A stretch of DNA of 64,000 bases from Camelus ferus (lineage: Eukaryota). Within the stretch, counting starts at the first letter, position 1; every line of letters starts with the position of its first letter. The position numbers and the translations under genes were made by a program. The notes beneath the pieces were generated by a model. The model saw only the letters and a list, made by a program, of their open reading frames with translations, was not told where the DNA came from and searched no databases. Shown one piece after another: positions 55,701-64,000 of the stretch. Where the stretch lies: positions 18,662,001 to 18,726,000 of the forward strand of contig NC_045710.1 in NCBI RefSeq assembly GCF_009834535.1, given 5' to 3'.

Positions 55701-57497
55701 TTACAGAGGAAAAAATTGTGTCAGTGGATATTAAGTTCTAGTGTTGTCTTTGAGGTTTTTTGTGTTTACTGCCTAAGACTCACTTTCCAGATGGCTCCTT
55801 TTTGCTAAAAGTGACATTACTGTAAAGTTTAATTGGATCATTAAAAGCACATTCTAAGTTTGTTTCTGAACAGATACCTTATGGCCTATAACCAGAATAT
55901 GCATAATGAAGAGACATCAGACAAAGGATTCTTAGCCATATTGGAAGGGCAATATTAGTCCTCCTCTCCTGACTGAGCTGCAACTCCTGTTTCTGACACC
56001 TGACTTCAAGTAAGGCCAGCACTACCAGACCAGGATGAGAAGACAATATCTAAGTTAGATAGCTGACCAAGATGCAGGACTAGTCCTGTATGCTAATTAC
56101 TTTGATAACTGCTCACACTTTTGCTAATGAACCAAATGTATTTCTTCCTTGGGCTCAATTGTATGCAAGTTTCAAAAGTCAATCTGATTGCTGGGTTTGT
56201 GGCCAATTACCTATGTCTGGTACTGCTCGGTGACTTTGGTGGGTTTCTCCTTTCCAAGGCTCTAATTGTATGGCCCTTAGAAATTTTATTTTAGAAGAAA
56301 GAAACTCTAGTACTGTGCAAGCTACTACCAATATCAGTAAGTGGGACTCTCTTACCTGCCAATTAATGACACCTGTTCTGAACTTGGCCATAAATGCCCC
56401 CTTTGACTAGATGTTAACTATTGGGTAGTTCCTAACAGGACCCAGTGGATTTATGGAACATGTTTATGGCCTTAGCTCTCCCCAGGTTGTTTAGAAAGAT
56501 GCACAACTGATTTCCCTCAGGCTCAAGCTCACTTACGGGTAGCCTTGGAAACAGCCCTTGCCTATCTGCCTTTAATGTAAGCACGCTGGGTTCCATCAGT
56601 TTTCCAATGGTATGATCATTTGGCTGTGGTATTTGTTCCTTCACTGGAAATAGAAGATACCATTACTCAAATAGAGGCTTCAGCAAAACTCACTCAGTAA
56701 GCTTTGTGTGATAGTAGTCAAGCTGTTAGCATGCTCAGTTCAGAAGTTTCCATGATGAGAAAAGTGGTCCTGCAGAATCACATGGCCTTGATTGTCTAAC
56801 CGCTTCCCAAGAGGGAATCTGGGCTATAATACATACTGAATGTTGGATTTTTGTAACCATTGTGTCTTCTGATGTAACTCGTCTTGTGACACCTATGAAG
56901 AATCAAATTTCTGCTCTGAATGACCCTCTTCCCAGTTTAGGGAAAGTATTAGGAAAGTGGTTTGCTTTAGAAGGATCTTGGCTTAAAACTTTACTAATGA
57001 CATTGTTACTCCTACTGGCAACTTTGATTATAATTTGTATAATTTATAATGTGATTGTTTCTTGCCTTCTGCACTGTGTATCACCTACTCCTACTAGATA
57101 ACCTAAGCAACTTGAAACTACTGATTACATCTGTAATTCTCTCTAAATTAATGGTCATGCACGAGGTACATGCAAGGTAAAACTGGCATAAGTTCTATTG
57201 AACAACTTGGAATTGGCTGTTAGTCCTTGCCAGACATCTTACTAGAACAACACTCTAAAATTAGGAAAGAAAAAGCTGGGCTATTTAAGACCCGACATTG
57301 AGGGACATGATGGACCCAGGTAGGTAAGCAACCATCATCAAGGGATCAAATATTTGATCACCTAACACTTTCTATCAAAAGACTAATAATTAAAAGGAAG
57401 GAAAAGACTGTCTCCATGGTTATAATCCTTAGATTGACTCAAATAAGATTTTCCATTTCTTTCTTAGGTCGACTGTTGATTAAGTTTTTTGTAGGCA
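52740..57497 (+). mobile_element. Decayed ERV1 (MER4-group-like) provirus
   Basis: 5' LTR ends tgtccaca at 53175 (AATAAA 53121-53126); PBS TGGTGTAGCTGGCAGGAT 53180-53197 (15/18 match to the tRNA-Ser 3' complement); AT-rich internal region; env remnant; PPT aaaaggaaggaaaa 57392-57405; partial 3' LTR 57402-57497; L1 3' end inserted at about 54900-55200. 5' boundary uncertain. Confidence 0.8.
56090..57101 (+). pseudogene. Disrupted gamma-type retroviral env
   Basis: MLITLITAHTFANEPNVFLPWAQLYASFKSQSDCWVCGQLP (CxxC); ISD-like VVLQNHMALD (56770-56793) then a frameshift; TM LLMTLLLLLATLIIICII; in-frame stops. Confidence 0.8.
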
Positions 57498-57679
57498 CCG
57501 CTTTTAGGCACTAGCCTTTTCTTGTTAATGGAACTCTGATTTTGTTAAGTATGGGCTGGCAACAGACTCAGGAAAGATGGGGGTGTCACCCAGTCTGGTT
57601 GCCAGATTTAGCAAATAAAAAGATAGGACATTCAATTAAAGCTAAATTTCAGACAAACAACCAATAGGCAATCCTATCT

Positions 57680-58135
57680 CCCCAAGTTCTAAGGATGAAC
57701 TCTGGTTAAGACAAACGAGGCAATCCCTTTCTCCTTGCTAGTGGTTGGTTTGGGGATGGGCATATAACAAAGTTGGACCAATTGCATCTGAGGAGAAATC
57801 TGGGGGCCTTTGGGAAAGATTTTCCTCCCTGATTAAAAATAGAGAGAGAGAAAGGAGAGAAGTGTGAGAAGTCCTTCATTCTTCCTGCCATCGGTAATCT
57901 CATGTGAAGATGTGGTGCTGGGAACAGCAGCAGTCATATTGTCACTGTGGAGTAAGAGTCATGAGAAAGTCAGAAAGACTGAGCCAGAGCTCTGACATTG
58001 CTGAACTTCCAAATTAGGCAGCTCTGGAATCTTTTCTCCAGATTTCTGTTTTATAAAATAATGAATGTCCTCACTGTTTGCGCCTCTTTAGTTGGGCATT
58101 CTGTTTATGCTGCTGTAAGCATCCTAAATGATTCA
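57680..58135 (+). mobile_element. Old MLT1J/K-type LTR
   Basis: ctccttgctagtggttggtttggggatgggcat...gtgctgggaacagcagcagtcatattg...ttgggcattctgttta...aagcatcctaa. Confidence 0.6.
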
Positions 58136-59019
58136 GCTGAAAGTGTTTTGCATCTCACTCAGCTGGTGTCAAATGTCTGTGATTCTTAGATAGACCTAGA
58201 ACTCAGCTAAAGAATTTTACCCCATGCAGATAAAGTTATTTTTATTATGAGATCTACTGGCCTAGTAGTATCACATGGGTCTTTCTCAACTTCTCACACT
58301 TTCAAGAATCACAGAAACCTTCCCACAGACTTTGGAAGGTGGATGGGAGACAGCGATTCTGGCCTCCTGGGATGGAATAGTTATTAACAGTTCTCTATCT
58401 CCTCAGTGTCACTGACAGCTTCGGAGAGCTCTGCTGGCTGCATGAGGAAGTGCTAGCCAGGCAGGCCAATTTCATGGGACAAACAGACATTGTTTCACAA
58501 TTTTAGTTGTGAAATGGACAACCTTTAACCCAGAAGAAGTTGGGATTGGTGATTCTGAGATAGTATTAGCATCTGTGGCATCTGTGCTGTCAGTTTTGAT
58601 TACAATACCCACTGTTTGTTGGTTTTATTTCTAAACATTCTATAATGAAGAAAATTTATCAAATGTTTAGTGGCCATATTTTTAATATATGGCAAACATT
58701 TTTATTTTCAAAAAGTGCACATGGCAACTATAGAATTCAGACCAGTAAGTCTCCCATCCTAGTCTCCTTTTTTCATTTTCTAGAAGCAACCATTGTTATG
58801 TTTCTTGTGTATCCTTCCAAACATTTATATACATAGACAATTATATAAATATGTGCAACTTTTCAAATGCAGATGGTAGAACATAATACATATTAATTAT
58901 ATCATGGAGATCCTCCCATGTCATTACTTTAAAAATTGCCTTATTCTGTTCATGGGCTGCATAGTATTCTCATGCATGGTTACATTAATTACCTATTAGC
59001 CAATCTCCTGTTGATAAAC

Positions 59020-59545
59020 ACTACAATGGACCTTTGTCATGTTTTCTGGTTGGCCTGCTTCTCTGGAACACTTCTCATGTTGGAGGAAATACTTACTCTC
59101 CAGTTTCCTTGGAAGTTCCCCAACAAGTAGCACCCAGGCCAGTCTCCAAATCAGAAGTGGACCCCAGGGGGGGAAATGTGCTTTGGGCAGGACATCCATT
59201 TTGCTGGCAAGGGTGTAGAACAGCCTTATGATTTTGAGGGTAATAGGTTTTACAAAGTGAATTCCTGGTGCAGAAGAGATATTGGTGGTACTACTGTGAG
59301 TCATAGTTGCAGTTACAGTCATGTTCTGGGTTGCAGTGCAAATTGTGGCCTCTAGTTCTTGGTCACAGCACAATGTTCTGGGCCTTTTACTCATCAGGCT
59401 ATTTTTATATGTGATTTGTGGCTTTATTTCTTGAGGTTTAGTATCAAGCCTATTCTCTAGCCCTCCCAACAATTATCTTTACAATAAATGACTACCTGCT
59501 GATAAGAGTCACTTCTGCTTGCAACCAAGAGCCCTGTCTGAGATA
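59020..59545 (+). mobile_element. LTR16/33-like ERVL LTR
   Basis: Ends ttctgcttgcaaccaagagccctgtctgagata. Confidence 0.45.
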
Positions 59546-59559
59546 TTTCGTTTTCCTTC

Positions 59560-62500
59560 TAATTTGTTATTTTTTTAGGAAAAAAAAAAACTTCAATGAC
59601 AATCTTTCATATTCATCTTTGTGCTTGTGTGGGGGTAAATCTGTGGCATAACACTCTAAAAATGGGATTGCTCTGAGAGAAAATATTGCAAAAGACACAT
59701 TTGATGAAGGACNNNNNNNNNNNNNNNNNNNNNNNNNNNNNNNNNNNNNNNNNNNNNNNNNNNNNNNNNNNNNNNNNNNNNNNNNNNNNNNNNNNNNNNN
59801 NNNNNNNNNNNNNNNNNNNNNNNNNNNNNNNNNNNNNNNNNNNNNNNNNNNNNNNNNNNNNNNTGAAAATGAAAACGTTACACACCCATTAGNNNNNNNN
59901 NNNNNNNNNNNNNNNNNNNNNNNNNNNNNNNNNNNNNNNNNNNNNNNNNNNNNNNNNNNNNNNNNNNNNNNNNNNNNNNNNNNNNNNNNNNNNNNNNNNN
60001 NNNNNNNNNNNNNNNNNNNNNNNNNNNNNNNNNNNNNNNNNNNNNNNNNNNNNNNNNNNNNNNNNNNNNNNNNNNNNNNNNNNNNNNNNGAAAACTTGTA
60101 TTCACACAAAAATCTGCACATGGATGTTTCTAGCAGCTTTATTCATAATTGCCAAAACCTGGAAGCAACCAAGATGGTGGATGGAGAGGTAAAGTATGGT
60201 ACATCTAGACAATGGAATACTATTCAGCATTAAAAATAAATGAACCATCAAGTCACAAAAAGATACGAAGGAACCTCCAAAGCATACTGCTAAGTGAAAG
60301 AGGCCAATCTGAAAAGGCAACACACTGTGTGATTCCAACCATATGACACCCTAGAAAAGATGTAACTACAGGAACAGTAAAAAGATCAGTGGTTGCCAGT
60401 GGTTCTGGGAGAGGAAGGGATAACTAGGTGGAGCACAGGGGAGCTTTAGGGCAGCGAAACTATTCTGTACAATACAGTAATGGTAACAACAGGTCATTAT
60501 ACATTTGGCAAAGCCCATAGAACGTACAGTACAAAGAGTGAACCGTATCGTAAACAATGGACTTTAGTTAATAATAATGTGCCAATTTTATTCATCACTT
60601 ATATTTACACCACTAATGCAAGATGTAACCAGTAGAGGAAATTGTGTGCTCAGGAAAACAGGATACGTGGGCAATCTCTACTTTCCAATCAATTTTTTGG
60701 TAAAACTGAAACTGCTCTGGAAAAAAAAGTAAAATATTAAAAAGACCTATAATGAAGACCACTTTATACTCTAGGATAAAAAAGATGAACAATAATAAGA
60801 ATTGGCAAAGATACGGAGAAATAGGAACTCTCAGGAATGAAGTACTGATAGATGTTACAACGTGGATAAATCTTGAAAACATTATGATAGGTGAAAGAAG
60901 CCAGTTACAAAGGGCCACATATTGTATGATTCATTTATGTGAAGTGTTTAGACGAGGCAAATCCTTAAAGTCAGAAAGTAGAGCCCCACCCCCACTCCCT
61001 GGAGACCGGTAGGGAGCACCTCTCCCCCTCCCAGCTAGGGTGTGCCATCAGAGGCCTAGTGGGGAGCCTGCCCTTCCCAGGGTGTCAACAGAGGCTCTGT
61101 GGAGAACCTGGACTTCTACTCTCATCTGACAACAAGGTGATTGTATGTAATTATAATGTCAAGTACAACCAGCAAATACAGGTTTGAGAAAAAAACAGCT
61201 GATTCTTGGCAAGCATACAATACAACCAGTGGGAGCCATGTGCATGTGATTACTTTAGAGAGTAGTCTATTGGCTCCTGCATTTTAATGGGTTTTGGCCA
61301 CTGGTCTGTTAGCAGAATAAGCGGAGAATATTTCTCAGTTGCTGAGGTGGTCAAGTCAAGACTAGTTAGGGTTGTGACTGCAATTCTGCATGGAAATATT
61401 GCAAATTAAGTGAGCCTTTTGCATCTAACCCTGCTTACTACTTTGAAGTTACAGTGCCTATCCAAAGACAGAGCAGAGCACACTATAAGCACCATTCATA
61501 CTTTGGATATTGAGGGCCCCTTATGGACAATTCACAGTGATGGCTCCTTGGAATTACCTGTCAGAATCAAATACAAAAATTCACAAAGGAGGCTCTGCAT
61601 GATCTGGTACTCACATTGCCCAGGAAAAGCTGTTTCTATGCTATTATTATCCAGGACAATCAAATTAATCTATAAATTTAATGCAATCCCAACCAAATCT
61701 TAACGGGACTTTTAAATTGGAATTTAAGAATTCTGATTCTCTTCTAAAAGAAAATATTCAATAGCAGTCAGAAAAAATCTGAATAAAAAATACTGCATGG
61801 GAATTTGCCCTACAATATCAAAAATGTAAATATAAAAATACATAAAGCTATGTTAAAATTTTACAAATAGATTTATCAATGTAAAACTAAAGAGACAGAA
61901 ATAGACAAATGGATCTGTGGAATAAAACACAGAAACAGATCCACATGAAGCTTATAACAGAGGTGACATTTAAAAATCTATGAAGGAAGAGTGGCTTTTT
62001 CAATAAATTATGTGAGATAATTGGCTATCCACTGAAGAAAAAATAATTTTAGTTTGACCCTCCTGGCCCATCACATTGAACACAGATGGTACAAAAAGGA
62101 AAACAGTTAGGGAAAAAAAGTTAAAATATTTTAAAGGATTTAAAACTATATTTTTAATAATATTGGGGTGGAGAAAGCCTTCCTAAACAAGGTACAAAAC
62201 CCAGAAACCATTAAAAAAACAGATTTGTGCTTATAAAATTTAAAACTTCTGTTAAAAGAAATACTATAATAAAAGCTGAAAGAAAAGACAAAGTGTAGGA
62301 GAAAAAATATTGTTGCATTGAATGAATATCCAGAATTCTGACAACAATTTAAATCAACAGAGGATATGACTAGGAAATTCATAGAAAAATGCAAATCAGA
62401 AAAAAAGAAAGAGGAGGAGGAGGAAGGAAAGGAGAAGAGGGAGGAGGAGGAAGCAAAGAAAAGAAAGAGAAAAGAGGAAAGGTGCTCAAACTCAATAGTA

Positions 62501-62640
62501 GTTAATAAAAGCATATTAAATGAGATGGGTTTTGCCCATCAGATTGTTCAGCATTTAGAAGATTGCTTAAAGACACAGTTTTTGCTATGTAATGCTTGAG
62601 TTGCAGGAGGTTTCTAAATGGTTTATAATTTCCAATACGA
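59560..62640. mobile_element. Cluster of L1 fragments (with two N-runs)
   Basis: cagctttattcataattgccaaaacctggaagcaaccaagatg; aattaatctataaatttaatgcaatccc; aagccttcctaaacaagg...ccagaaacc. Confidence 0.75.
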
Positions 62641-63317
62641 TTTGTCTTTAATTCAGGTGTTACTTAAAAGTATATTTTAAGCTTCCAGATGGACAGGGCT
62701 TTTAAAATATTTTAGTATTGGTAATTCATGAATTGTTCAACATGTATAAAATCAAGTCAAAAACACAGTGTATAAAAAGAAGCAGAAAGATGAGAGAAAA
62801 GGCTCCCCTCTCAGCCCCATCTCCTTATCATCCCACCCCCACTCACAGGCATACATCTTTGTTTCTTCGATACCCTTCCAGAGATAGTTTGTGCATATAC
62901 AAAGAACCATTAATGTAGGCTTTTCCTCATCATTTTCACTACAAAGGGTGGCATAGTAATATTACTACATGTTTCTTCTTACGAATATATTGGAAATGAG
63001 AGCTATGTCGATGACTATCGTATATTGTTTTTAATTACTGAGAAATATACCTAGAGCATATGAGATACATTTGTAATGCTTAACGTGAATTTTTATGATA
63101 TTCCTACCCAGTGAGGAGCTAGAACACTGTACCTTCAAAGCTCCACCAAAATCATATCATCCACCCTTTTCCCTTGAGGTAACCATGTTCCTGTCTGTTA
63201 ATCATTCCTTTGCTTTTCTTTATGGTTTTACTTCCTTCATATGGGTCCATAAACAATACAGCTTAACTTTTTTTCTGCTATGAACTTTAACAAATGGAAT
63301 CACAGTGTTCGATGACT

Positions 63318-63440
63318 TTTTTTTAAATAATTAACTTTATTTATTTATTTGTTTTATTTTAATGGAGGTGCTGAGGATTGAACACAGGACCACGTGCATA
63401 CTAAGCATGCGCTCTACCACTGAGCTACATCCTCCCCTCC
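63318..63440 (-). mobile_element. Camelid vic-1-type SINE
   Basis: Antisense: gaggtgctgaggattgaacacaggaccacgtgcatactaagcatgcgctctaccactgagctacatcctcccc; T-rich tail on the left; TSD ATGACTT. Confidence 0.85.
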
Positions 63441-63629
63441 TCAATGACTTGCTTTTTTTAAAAATCAACACTAGCCTGTTTATGAGTATGGCTGTGGTTA
63501 ATTTTTTGTCATTACTGCGTTAACATTCCTTTAAGAATGTAACACTAGCTTTTACAGACTTTTGGATTGTCTCCAGTTTAGGGTTATTAAGTTGCTATGA
63601 AAGTTCTTGTACCCTCTCCTGGTTTAGAG

Positions 63630-63990
63630 CAACAATCCTCAAAGTGTGGTCCATGAACCCCTAGAAGTCCCAGGGATCTTATCAAGGAGTCACTAAAGTT
63701 AAAGCTATTTCTTACATGATAGTACTAAGATGTAACATGTCCTTTACACTCTGTGGACATTTGCACTGATGGTACAAAAACAGTGGTGAGTAAAACTGTA
63801 GCCACCTTAGCACAAGGCGAGCAATCCAGTTACCTTACACGTCAAAAATACAAATGATATGGGGTGTACTTCTCTCCCAAGGTATAAAATCAGGTAGTAC
63901 ATGAAAAGTGCTTTGAAAACTCCAATAATTATCATGACAATAATTGAATTTAAGGAATGTGTAAGTCCTTTATACACAATATAATTTTGA
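63630..63990 (+). mobile_element. Charlie-type hAT DNA transposon fragment
   Basis: aatcctcaaagtgtggtccatgaacccctag...gacatttgcactgatggtacaaaaacagtggtgagtaaaact. Confidence 0.55.
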
Positions 63991-64000
63991 ATCCTTAACC

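Noticed and set aside
56090-57101. env as a syncytin-like co-opted gene
   Set aside because: In-frame stops, a frameshift in the ISD and a degenerate CX6CC motif.
62395-62485. Lys/Glu-rich ORF (KKKEEEEEGKEKREEEE)
   Set aside because: Purine-rich simple repeat within an L1 fragment.

Overview
Mammalian genomic DNA, most likely a camelid (camel/alpaca), judged from three copies of a tRNA-derived vic-1-type SINE and the absence of recognisable Alu, Bov-A/BovB or PRE1 elements. The region is syntenic to human 2p23.3. In order it holds: the probable non-coding first exon of CGREF1 (-; coding exons lie left of the window), intact ABHD1 (+, 9 exons, 405 aa), intact PREB/SEC12 (-, 9 exons, 418 aa) sharing an overlapping poly(A) signal with ABHD1, intronless PRR30 (-, 403 aa) and intact TCF23 (+, 3 exons, 214 aa). 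Most unexpected is an orphan copy of only the last two coding exons (plus 3' UTR) of SLC5A6/SMVT about 4 kb behind TCF23, with intact splice sites but an amber stop that removes the C-terminal PDZ-type motif. From about 39 kb to the end the window is repeat-rich and no protein-coding gene was recognised: L1, L2, MaLR/ERVL LTRs, DNA transposons, a full-length GAPDH retrocopy, and a decayed ERV1 provirus with an env remnant. A second notable item is an L1-mobilised, polyadenylated copy of what looks like exactly the R region of a local LTR family. Eight N-runs (21643-21774, 22570-22703, 28572-28832, 41318-41508, 46693-46840, 46881-47093, 59713-59863, 59893-60089) all fall inside repeats. The supplied ORF track uses GTG/TTG starts and ignores introns, so most of its ORFs are not genes. 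Gene identities rest on recalled human protein sequences; repeat family names and most repeat boundaries are by-eye estimates.
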